Below, in pieces: positions 9,435-16,248 of a stretch of DNA of 30,311 bases. The stretch spans positions 1-30,311 of IMG/VR virus record IMGVR_UViG_3300046002_003876; one strand, written 5' to 3'. Every line of letters starts with the position of its first letter. The first letter of the stretch is position 1. This DNA comes from a virus. Lineage: Duplodnaviria; Caudoviricetes. The notes beneath the pieces were generated by a model that saw only the letters and a program-made list of their open reading frames with translations, made no database searches and had not been told where the DNA came from. Position numbers and translations under genes: made by a program.

Positions 9435-9921
9435 ACGCGCCAAGTATGGCGCACGGATGACTGATGACCAGTGTGCCGAGCTGTGCAACGCGGTGGCGTG
9501 GCGGCATCGGGGCGAAGGCTGGGGCACCTCGCGCAAGGTGTCTGGCACGCGTGGCCGTCTGCCGAATGGGCAGGAGATTGCCCACGACATCCTGCACTAT
9601 GCGCCCAGCAATGAGTTGGTGGACATTCTAACGGCCGCTGGGGCCGAGTCGCAGCCCACGTGGACGCCTGTGGGACCGCCGCAGAGCGCCGACCGCACGT
9701 GGGTGGCCCCAGTGGACCCTGCCACGTGGAGCGCGCCGCCTGCGCCGCCGGTGGTGGTGCCTACGGTTCCCGCAGGGCCGAGCGTCGCTGAGGTGCTGGA
9801 CGCGGTTGCCGCCTTGCGCGCCGAGGTGCAGCGGCTCCATGCGCGCTTGGACGCTGGCTTGCCGTTGCGGGTCAAGGCTGGCTTTCTCGGCACGCTCACT
9901 GGCACGGTCGGGCGCGACTGA
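9403..9921 (+). CDS. Hypothetical protein (globular domain, Pro-rich linker, coiled coil)
   Basis: GGAGGA RBS before ATG 9403. 172 aa within the lysis region. Confidence 0.6.
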   Translation: MQNLLESVKTERAKYGARMTDDQCAELCNAVAWRHRGEGWGTSRKVSGTRGRLPNGQEIAHDILHYAPSNELVDILTAAGAESQPTWTPVGPPQSADRTWVAPVDPATWSAPPAPPVVVPTVPAGPSVAEVLDAVAALRAEVQRLHARLDAGLPLRVKAGFLGTLTGTVGRD

Positions 9922-10283
9922 TGCGCCGCGCCTTGCGCCTGCTGCGGCTCTCTGGGGCCGCGTCGCGGCTATATGACCTGCTGGAGCAGGGCCGCGCGGA
10001 TTGGCAGACGGCGCGTGACCGGATGCGCACGAAGTATCTCTCGGCGTCCTGGTGGGACGCCGTGCTGCATGCCGCGCGTGACCTCGCGCTCGGCATGCCG
10101 GTCCCGGATGAGGTCAAGAAAGGACTGACGATGAAGAACTGGAAGACGACGTTGTCGGGTGTGGCCGCGATTCTGGCAGTGGTGTCCAAGATTATTGCGA
10201 CGGGCCAGATTGACTGGCAGACCGATGGGCCTGCGGTGCTGGCAGGCATCGGCCTGATTACGGCGAAAGACGCGAGCAACTAA
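9921..10283 (+). CDS. Holin-like membrane protein; internal start at 10131 likely
   Basis: C-terminal 50 aa MKNWKTTLSGVAAIL...GIGLITAKD has two hydrophobic segments, and AAGGA precedes ATG 10131. ATG 9921 is coupled to the upstream stop (TGATG). Confidence 0.55.
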   Translation: MRRALRLLRLSGAASRLYDLLEQGRADWQTARDRMRTKYLSASWWDAVLHAARDLALGMPVPDEVKKGLTMKNWKTTLSGVAAILAVVSKIIATGQIDWQTDGPAVLAGIGLITAKDASN

Positions 10284-10288
10284 CCGGT

Positions 10289-10471
10289 ATGTGTGACCAG
10301 TGCCCGACCACGTCACGCGCGCCAGGCTATCTGGTGTGCGCGGCGTGCGGGCGCTGGTTTGTGGCACTCGGAGGGCATCATGGTGTGGCTGACGATTGCG
10401 CTCGGGTTTGTGCTGGTGACGTATGTGCTGATGGTCGTGGCGGCGGTGGTGTTTCTGCCCGACGACCCTGA
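10289..10471 (+). CDS. Possible small zinc-ribbon protein
   Basis: CDQC...CAAC pairs in the first 20 aa. No clear RBS, and it overlaps the next ORF. Confidence 0.3.
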   Translation: MCDQCPTTSRAPGYLVCAACGRWFVALGGHHGVADDCARVCAGDVCADGRGGGGVSARRP

Positions 10472-10490
10472 CGGCCCGGAGGACGACTAG
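10380..10490 (+). CDS. Small single-pass membrane protein
   Basis: GGAGG RBS before ATG 10380. Hydrophobic stretch followed by an acidic tail. Confidence 0.5.
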   Translation: MVWLTIALGFVLVTYVLMVVAAVVFLPDDPDGPEDD

Positions 10491-11635
10491 TGCCGCAGCC
10501 CTCCTTGTCAGAAGCCGACCTCCAAGACACCTACGAACTGGTCTGCCGCTACCAGAACGTCACGCGTGCTGCCGAGGCGGTGGGTATCAACCGGAAGACT
10601 TTTAGCGCCCGCTGGCTGATGGCGCGGAGCTGGGCGCGGAGCCGTGGCTTGCCCGTGCCTGCGGTCGGGCTGGCCCCGCCGACGCCGGAGCCGCCGCCGC
10701 CCCCGCCGCTACCGCCCACGATGGTGGCGCAGCCGCGCGCCGCCTACGAGGAGACGCCGTCGCGCTTGCCGTCCACCGCCGAGGAAGCCTGGGCGATTCT
10801 GGATGCGTTCATCGGCCGCGCCCGTGTGCAGGTCACCGCGCCGCCCTATCAGGCCGGAGAGACGCGCCGATATGTGGTGGCGTCAGACTTTCACGCGCCC
10901 TTCCATGACCCGGAGGCCGTGGCGCATCTCATCGCGCAGGAGGGGGGCAAGCCCGATACGACACTCATCATTGCGGGCGATTTCCTCGACCTCTACAGCA
11001 TCTCGTCCTATAGCAAACACGAACGCGTCGGCATCGAGACGGAACTGGCGGGGGCCGAAGCTCTGCTCGGCACGCTGGCCGGGGCGTTTTCGGACATCCT
11101 CCTGATTGAAGGCAACCACGACCAACGGCTTGACCGCCGCGTGCGGGCGCTCCTGCCCGAAGAGATGGTGGCGGCGCTGCAATATCTTGCGGGCGGCGAC
11201 CTCTCGGTGCTGCGCGCCATGTGCCGCCGCTATCCGAGTGTGCGGTTCAACCCGGTGCAGGTGGGTCGGTTCGACGTAAAGTGGTGTACGCAGGTGGGCG
11301 ACATCATCGTCAGCCACGCGGAGAAGTTCTCGCGCGTGCCGGGGTCGGCCATGCGCGGCGTGGAGGAATGGCTGAGCGACCAGGAACAGGCCATGCAGCT
11401 CGACCCGTGGCGCATCCTCTGCCAAGCCCACACGCACCAGCTGGCGTGGATTCCGTGGCGCGCCGACAAACTCCTCATCGAACTCGGCTGCATGACGGAG
11501 ACGCACGGCTACCAGCTCTCGGCCCAGGTGCGCGGACGCCCGCAGCGCCGGGGCTACTGCACCCTGACACAGCATAAGGGCCGGACGGACATGCACTCGG
11601 TGCGGATGGTATGGCTCGACCCAGCACGCTGGTAG
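10490..11635 (+). CDS. Calcineurin-like metallophosphoesterase with N-terminal HTH
   Basis: Motifs SDFH, GDFLD, GNHD, SHAE, AHTH. N-terminal NVTRAAEAVGINRKTF helix-turn-helix, then a poly-Pro linker. Confidence 0.88.
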   Translation: MPQPSLSEADLQDTYELVCRYQNVTRAAEAVGINRKTFSARWLMARSWARSRGLPVPAVGLAPPTPEPPPPPPLPPTMVAQPRAAYEETPSRLPSTAEEAWAILDAFIGRARVQVTAPPYQAGETRRYVVASDFHAPFHDPEAVAHLIAQEGGKPDTTLIIAGDFLDLYSISSYSKHERVGIETELAGAEALLGTLAGAFSDILLIEGNHDQRLDRRVRALLPEEMVAALQYLAGGDLSVLRAMCRRYPSVRFNPVQVGRFDVKWCTQVGDIIVSHAEKFSRVPGSAMRGVEEWLSDQEQAMQLDPWRILCQAHTHQLAWIPWRADKLLIELGCMTETHGYQLSAQVRGRPQRRGYCTLTQHKGRTDMHSVRMVWLDPARW

Positions 11636-12030
11636 GCAGTCCCCCGCATCTGGTGCGGTTTGTGCCGCAGCAGCAGGGGCATGGCGACTGCGCGGTGGCC
11701 TCACTGGCCATGCTGTGCGGCGTCGACTGGCCCACGGCCTTTGCCGCCTTCGACGACCCAGCCAGCGTGCTGGCGCAAGGCGTGGCCCCGTGGGCCGAGT
11801 TTCGCCACGCGGCGTCTCGGCTGGGCATCAAGACGCGCGTGAAACGCCGACCGGACCTGCACGCGGACACAGGCATCCTCTATTGCACGGACATTGACGG
11901 GCCTGACGGGCATGCTGCCTTCCTGTGGGCGGGGCGCATCATCGACGGCGACGGGCGGTGCTACCTCTTCGTGCCAGACTATCTGCGGCTGCGGCAGTTC
12001 AGGTCGCATTCCCTGCTGATGCGGGCCTAA
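11611..12030 (+). CDS. C39-like cysteine peptidase
   Basis: QQQGHGDCAVASLAML (Q-x-C nucleophile motif), later GH and IID candidates for His and Asp. Start uncertain. Confidence 0.6.
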   Translation: MARPSTLVGSPPHLVRFVPQQQGHGDCAVASLAMLCGVDWPTAFAAFDDPASVLAQGVAPWAEFRHAASRLGIKTRVKRRPDLHADTGILYCTDIDGPDGHAAFLWAGRIIDGDGRCYLFVPDYLRLRQFRSHSLLMRA

Positions 12031-12032
12031 CC

Positions 12033-12230
12033 ATGCGCCTGCTCTGGGCTATGCTGTATGCGCCGATGGCCGTGGTGTGGGTGGGCATCTGCCTGCTGCA
12101 TGCGCTGGCCGTGGGCATCCTGCGGGCACTGGATTGGGTGACGCTCCAGCTCTACCCGGGCATTATGGCCGTCGCACGACGGGCTGACGGACTCACGGAT
12201 GATGACGACGACGACTTGGCCGGATCTTGA
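12033..12230 (+). CDS. Small membrane protein
   Basis: 65 aa, hydrophobic N-terminal two-thirds, poly-Asp tail. Confidence 0.45.
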   Translation: MRLLWAMLYAPMAVVWVGICLLHALAVGILRALDWVTLQLYPGIMAVARRADGLTDDDDDDLAGS

Positions 12231-12780
12231 CGGCGTGGCCCTCGTGGGCCTCGGACACAAAGCGCGGCAGGGCAAGGACATGCTGACCGATGCCCTGCTC
12301 AACCACTACGGCAACAGCCGCCGCTTGGGCTTTGCCGACGCGGTGAAGGTGCTGGCACGGGCCGACTACGGCATGACGACCAAGGACGGGCCACTCCTGC
12401 AACGGCTCGGCATGGAGGGCCGCGCGCATGACCCGGACACGTGGGTGCGCATTGTGGCGTGGACGATCCATGAGTGGCTGGAGAGCGCGCCGGAGGGGCT
12501 GCTGGTCGTGATTCCGGATCTCCGGTTCCCTAACGAGGCCGCGTTCATTCGCGCCTACGGGGGCATCTGCGTGGACGTGCGGCGGTGGCATGCGGACGGC
12601 TCGCGGGTCATCACGACCGACCGAGATGCGGGCCACGCCAGCGAGACCTCGCTGAACGGCTTCACGTTTGACGCCATCATCGACAACATCGAGGCGCGCC
12701 AGGACGAGGCGCGCGACCGGCTGATTCGGCTCGTCGACCGAGCGTTTGACCCAGACCGCGCGCGACGGAGGTTCCAGTGA
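12199..12780 (+). CDS. Deoxynucleoside monophosphate kinase (T4 gp1/T5 Dnk-like)
   Basis: P-loop variant GHKARQGKD, FADAVK, LLQRLG.EGR, DLRFPNE, HASE. Confidence 0.88.
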   Translation: MMTTTTWPDLDGVALVGLGHKARQGKDMLTDALLNHYGNSRRLGFADAVKVLARADYGMTTKDGPLLQRLGMEGRAHDPDTWVRIVAWTIHEWLESAPEGLLVVIPDLRFPNEAAFIRAYGGICVDVRRWHADGSRVITTDRDAGHASETSLNGFTFDAIIDNIEARQDEARDRLIRLVDRAFDPDRARRRFQ

Positions 12781-13118
12781 CGCCGCTGGTCTATATCGCG
12801 GGACCCATGACGGGCCTGCCGAGCTGGAACCACCCAGCGTTCTATGCCATGGAAGAATGCCTGCGGCAGCGGGGCATTACGGCCATCAACCCAGCAACGC
12901 TGAATCCCATCACACGGCCGTGGTGGCGGTGCCTGCTGGTCTGCCTGTGGCATCTGCGCTTGGCAGACGCCATCGTGCTGCTGCCCAGCTGGGAAGCCTC
13001 ACGGGGCGCGCGCTGGGAACTCTGGCTGGCCCTGTGCCTCGGGTTGCCGGTCTTTGTGGCCCCGATGCAGGCCGAGCCGCCAGCCATTGCGCCGCCGACG
13101 TCTGGCGTGGTGCATTAA
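12777..13118 (+). CDS. DUF4406-like protein (nucleoside 2-deoxyribosyltransferase-like fold)
   Basis: VYIAGPMTGLP..N.PAF, INPA, ADAIVLLPSWEASRGARWE...A..LGLPV. Confidence 0.85.
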   Translation: MTPLVYIAGPMTGLPSWNHPAFYAMEECLRQRGITAINPATLNPITRPWWRCLLVCLWHLRLADAIVLLPSWEASRGARWELWLALCLGLPVFVAPMQAEPPAIAPPTSGVVH

Positions 13119-13127
13119 CGCAAACTT

Positions 13128-13136
13128 TGGTATAGT
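13128..13136 (+). promoter_or_regulatory. Extended -10 promoter candidate for the small RNA
   Basis: TG-G-TATAGT ending 6 nt before the first hairpin at 13142. Confidence 0.55.
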
Positions 13137-13141
13137 CGAGA

Positions 13142-13218
13142 CATTCGCCCTCCGCGAATGCGCGTGTCCTCCGCACGCCTGCCCCGGCACTGCCGCCCAA
13201 CGGTGCCGGGGCTTTTTT
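13142..13218 (+). ncRNA. Candidate three-hairpin small RNA with CCUCC loops
   Basis: CATTCGC-CCTCC-GCGAATG, then GCGTGT-CCTCC-GCACGC, then a terminator hairpin and T6. Confidence 0.65.
13181..13218 (+). terminator. Rho-independent terminator
   Basis: 12-bp stem GCCCCGGCACTG / CGGTGCCGGGGC (one G-U), 8-nt loop, followed by TTTTTT. Confidence 0.85.
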
Positions 13219-13223
13219 ATCGC

Positions 13224-13252
13224 TTGCACTGATGTCTTGCATGGTGTATAGT
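13224..13252 (+). promoter_or_regulatory. Sigma70-type promoter
   Basis: TTGCAC - 17 bp - TATAGT, directly after the terminator. Confidence 0.7.
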
Positions 13253-13259
13253 AATTCGC

Positions 13260-13475
13260 ATGGACAATCGACCAGACGGGGCAATGACCATGAAAGAGTA
13301 TGCGGCCGAGCTGGGGGTGACCCGCGCGCGGGTGCATCAGCTCGTGCAGGCCACGGGGCTGACGCTGGCCAAGTTTGGCGGCGTCTGCATCCTGACGCCT
13401 GCCGACCGCGAGGCCATCCAGAACCGGCCGCGCCGCAAGACGGGACGGCCGCGCAAAGTGCAGGAGGCACAATGA
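13260..13475 (+). CDS. Small HTH DNA-binding protein with AT-hook-like tail
   Basis: MTMKEYAAELGVTRARVHQLV helix-turn-helix and C-terminal KTGRPRK. Confidence 0.75.
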   Translation: MDNRPDGAMTMKEYAAELGVTRARVHQLVQATGLTLAKFGGVCILTPADREAIQNRPRRKTGRPRKVQEAQ

Positions 13476-13576
13476 GGACACCGAAAGAACCGACGTGGGG
13501 CGAGGCGCTGGTGTTTGGCGTGGTGGTTGGACCCATCATGGCCTTCTGGACACTGGTGGCATTGGGCGCATTCTAA
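13472..13576 (+). CDS. Small membrane peptide
   Basis: AGGAGG RBS, ATGA overlap, 34 aa hydrophobic. Confidence 0.55.
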   Translation: MRTPKEPTWGEALVFGVVVGPIMAFWTLVALGAF

Positions 13577-13594
13577 AACGACAGCGGAGGGCAT

Positions 13595-14206
13595 ATGCAG
13601 GTCTACAAGGCAATTGCGGCGGTGGCCGCAGAGTTGGCGCAAGTGGGCGTGGGCAAGCGCCAGAAGAACGAGTCGCAAGGCTTCCGGTTCCGGGGCATTG
13701 ACGACGTCATGAACGCGCTATCGCCGGTCATGGCGCGGCACGGGCTGATGCTCCTGCCACGGGTGCTGTCACGCACGGTAGTTGAACGGGCGAATGCGCG
13801 TGGCACGGCCCTGTTTTATGTGGTTTTGGATGTGGAATACGACATCGTGGCCGCAGAAGATGGGTCCAAGCATACCGTCCGCGTGATGGGCGAGGCGATG
13901 GACTCTGGAGACAAGGCCACGAACAAGGCGATGTCTGCCGCCTACAAGTATGCGATGTTTCAGGCGTTCTGCGTGCCCGTCGACGGCACGCCGGATGCGG
14001 ACGCCACGACGCACGAAGTGGTGGTGACCGAGCCGGAAGGCTTCTCGCAGTGGCTGCTGGACCTCGAAGTGCTGGCAGAAAATGGGTCCGCGGCGGTGGC
14101 CGAGTGCTGGAAGACGAGCAAGCCGGAATACAAGACCTTCGCCAAGACACACTACGACCAGCACTTGTCTGGCATCAAGGCCCGTGCGGCACAGGTGCAG
14201 GCATGA
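13595..14206 (+). CDS. erf: ERF-family single-strand annealing recombinase
   Basis: FRFRGIDDVMNAL.P, GEAMDSGDKATNKAMSAAYKYA...FCVP, DAD. GGAGG RBS. Confidence 0.85.
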   Translation: MQVYKAIAAVAAELAQVGVGKRQKNESQGFRFRGIDDVMNALSPVMARHGLMLLPRVLSRTVVERANARGTALFYVVLDVEYDIVAAEDGSKHTVRVMGEAMDSGDKATNKAMSAAYKYAMFQAFCVPVDGTPDADATTHEVVVTEPEGFSQWLLDLEVLAENGSAAVAECWKTSKPEYKTFAKTHYDQHLSGIKARAAQVQA

Positions 14207-14859
14207 GGCCCGACCGGTATACGGTGCATCCGGCGGCGCAGGGCACGCCGGAGTGGTTGCAGGCCCGTGTGGGTTACGTGACCGGGTCGAGAGCCTCAGA
14301 CATCACCGCGACGCGGAAGGACGGCAAGCCCAGCGCGGCTCGTGAGGACTACCTGACGCAGGTGGTGGTGGAGCGGCTGACGGGCCAGAGTGCCGAGGAT
14401 GCCGTGGTCACGCCGTGGATGGTCCGCGGCAGTGAACTGGAATGCGCGGCGCGGTCGGCTTTGGAGACGCGGCTGGACACGCTGATCTTTGAGTCTGGCT
14501 TCCTGCAATCGACGCAGGTGCCGTGGGTCGGGTGCAGCATCGACGGCTACACCAGCCAGGGCGACATCGTGGAACTGAAGGTGCCAAAGCCGAAGACGCA
14601 CTGGCGCTACCTGAACGCACCCACGGCGATGGTGCGCGACTACCTCGATCAATGCACGCACAATCTGCTGGTGACGGGGGCTGATGCCTGCTGGCTCGCC
14701 AGCTATTGCCCCGCGATGCCGCCCCACATGCAGCTCGTGGTGGAGGTGGTATCGAGGATTCGAGTGGAGATGTATCGGATGGACTACCTTGAGCCGTTCC
14801 TGGCCGAGGTCAACGCGGCCGTGCAGACGTGGCGGCAACCAGAAGGAGTGACAGCGTGA
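14203..14859 (+). CDS. YqaJ/lambda-exonuclease-family nuclease
   Basis: QGTPEWLQARVG.VTGS, RGSELE..AR, GCSIDG, VELKVP. Confidence 0.9.
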   Translation: MRPDRYTVHPAAQGTPEWLQARVGYVTGSRASDITATRKDGKPSAAREDYLTQVVVERLTGQSAEDAVVTPWMVRGSELECAARSALETRLDTLIFESGFLQSTQVPWVGCSIDGYTSQGDIVELKVPKPKTHWRYLNAPTAMVRDYLDQCTHNLLVTGADACWLASYCPAMPPHMQLVVEVVSRIRVEMYRMDYLEPFLAEVNAAVQTWRQPEGVTA

Positions 14860-15104
14860 GCGACCAGCAGCAGAAGAAAGACATTGGCGGTCTGTGGAAG
14901 CAGACCAGCAAGAGCGGAATGCCCTATCTGAGCGGCACGGTGAACGGGCAGCGCATTGTGGTGTTTCCGAATAGCAAGAAACAGGACGGGGAAAAGACGC
15001 CGGACTACCGCATCTACGAACAGACGCCGATGGGGCAGCAGGCCGCGCCTGCGGCCGCACCGTCCGGCCGTCGGGCGGTGACGAGCGACGACATTCCGTT
15101 CTAA
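14856..15104 (+). CDS. Small ssDNA-binding-like protein (DUF736-like) with SSB-type acidic tail
   Basis: IGGLWKQTSKSG.PYLSG, PDYRIY, C-terminal DDIPF. GAAGGAG RBS before GTG 14856. Confidence 0.7.
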   Translation: MSDQQQKKDIGGLWKQTSKSGMPYLSGTVNGQRIVVFPNSKKQDGEKTPDYRIYEQTPMGQQAAPAAAPSGRRAVTSDDIPF

Positions 15105-15110
15105 GGTGGT

Positions 15111-15272
15111 GCCGGTTGTGCTCGGTGCCCCCGCTTCAGCCCGAACCCTGAGCGGAAACCACCGCACGCTGTGTGCGGCGCTGGGAGGCGGCACAACCGG
15201 CCCTGCATCTGGGCCGACGCTTCGGTGCTTTCACTTAATTGAGGTGGAAGGAGAGACGCCGGGGCGTCGGTC
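15111..15272 (+). ncRNA. Structured RNA region (multi-branch element plus long hairpin)
   Basis: 11-bp perfect stem 15111-15121/15191-15201 enclosing two hairpins. 16-bp stem 15212-15227/15257-15272 plus inner 9-bp stem. Confidence 0.45.
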
Positions 15273-15399
15273 TGGTATAAACTAGACGGGCACGACCGAG
15301 GTATGAGGCCTCGCCCGTGCCCTGACCGTGACGCTGGAATCCGCAGCGACAGGCTCCCGCCATTGTACCGTGGGTGCTGTCCTGCATGAAAGGACAGAG
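15273..15399 (+). promoter_or_regulatory. Extended -10 promoter and structured 5' leader of the replication initiator
   Basis: TGGTATAAA at 15273. Hairpins at 15288-15322, 15332-15348 and 15377-15397, the last covering the RBS. Confidence 0.5.
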
Positions 15400-16248
15400 A
15401 TGGACGAATCGCCCGCTCGATTTCGCACACAACTTGGGCCGTTTGGCATGACACCCGCGTGGGTGTTAACCGCGCCGATTCAATCCAACGCCAAGGTGTT
15501 ATTTGGCTGGATGGCATGCCGGTATGCCAACCGCGAGACCTGGCAATGCTGGCCCGGACAGCAGCGTCTGGCCGATGACCTTGGCTGGCATCGCAACACC
15601 GTCACCAACGCCTTACGCGAGCTGGTCAGCATCGGCGCGTTGACCAAGGATCGGCGCATGACCAAGGACGGCAAGGTCATGACGAATCACTATACGCTGG
15701 TCTTCGTGGCCCCACCGCAGATGGCCGCGCGCACGACAGATGGCGCTCAGTCGCCCAGCCATGCACACCAGCAGGACATGCCCTCACAGAGTGCTGCTGC
15801 ACAAATTGGTGGGGGGATACCCCCCCAAGGATTTGTGCAAGGATACCCCCAAGGATTTGTGCAAAAACCAGAGGTAGTTGAACCAGAGTCAGTACAACCA
15901 GAGAGAAGAGGTTCTCTGGTTGAAAGCCCATTGCATTTCCACAAGCGCCACGGAGGTCACGTCAGCGAACTGTGCGACTGGGTCTGCCTACCGGAAGACA
16001 TGGCCAACCAGTTTGCGCGACGGGCGAAGATGACGCCCGCGCAGGTGCTGGCCTGGGCGCAGTCCGTGCGGGAGCGCTGGGAGGCTTCTGGGCGGGTGCC
16101 TACAGGGTCGATGTGGGAGTTCTGGAACGCTCGGTGGACGGAGAAGATGGACGACGGGGACCGCGACCTCTACCCCAATGAGGGGCCGGTCACGCGCATC
16201 ATTCGACTGAACGCTGAACGCAGGGCACGCATGCAGGAGGGCCGATGA
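15400..16248 (+). CDS. Replication initiator (N-terminal winged HTH, lambda O-like role)
   Basis: CWPGQQRLADDLGWHRNTVTNALRELVSIGAL...TNHYTL, low-complexity linker with DNA repeats, AAAGGA RBS before ATG 15400. Confidence 0.8.
   Translation: MDESPARFRTQLGPFGMTPAWVLTAPIQSNAKVLFGWMACRYANRETWQCWPGQQRLADDLGWHRNTVTNALRELVSIGALTKDRRMTKDGKVMTNHYTLVFVAPPQMAARTTDGAQSPSHAHQQDMPSQSAAAQIGGGIPPQGFVQGYPQGFVQKPEVVEPESVQPERRGSLVESPLHFHKRHGGHVSELCDWVCLPEDMANQFARRAKMTPAQVLAWAQSVRERWEASGRVPTGSMWEFWNARWTEKMDDGDRDLYPNEGPVTRIIRLNAERRARMQEGR
15798..15903. repeat. Iteron-like repeats, probable replication origin
   Basis: GGATA(C7/C5)AAGGATTTGTGCAA tandem at 15815-15840 and 15841-15864, inverted partial copy TGCACAAAT at 15798, AACCAGAG three times at 15-bp spacing (15866, 15881, 15896). 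Confidence 0.7.

Noticed and set aside
13142-13180. CsrA/RsmA-sponge RNA on the minus strand (GGAGG loops)
   Set aside because: Promoter, U-tail and G-U pairs all favour the + strand. Not fully excluded without expression data.
15111-15201. tRNA-like cloverleaf
   Set aside because: No TTC-containing T-loop, D-loop or 7-bp acceptor stem geometry. Kept only as an unknown structured RNA.
15811-15850. G6/C7/C5 homopolymers as a phase-variation switch in the initiator
   Set aside because: The runs are short and are part of the iteron-like repeats. The frame is intact.
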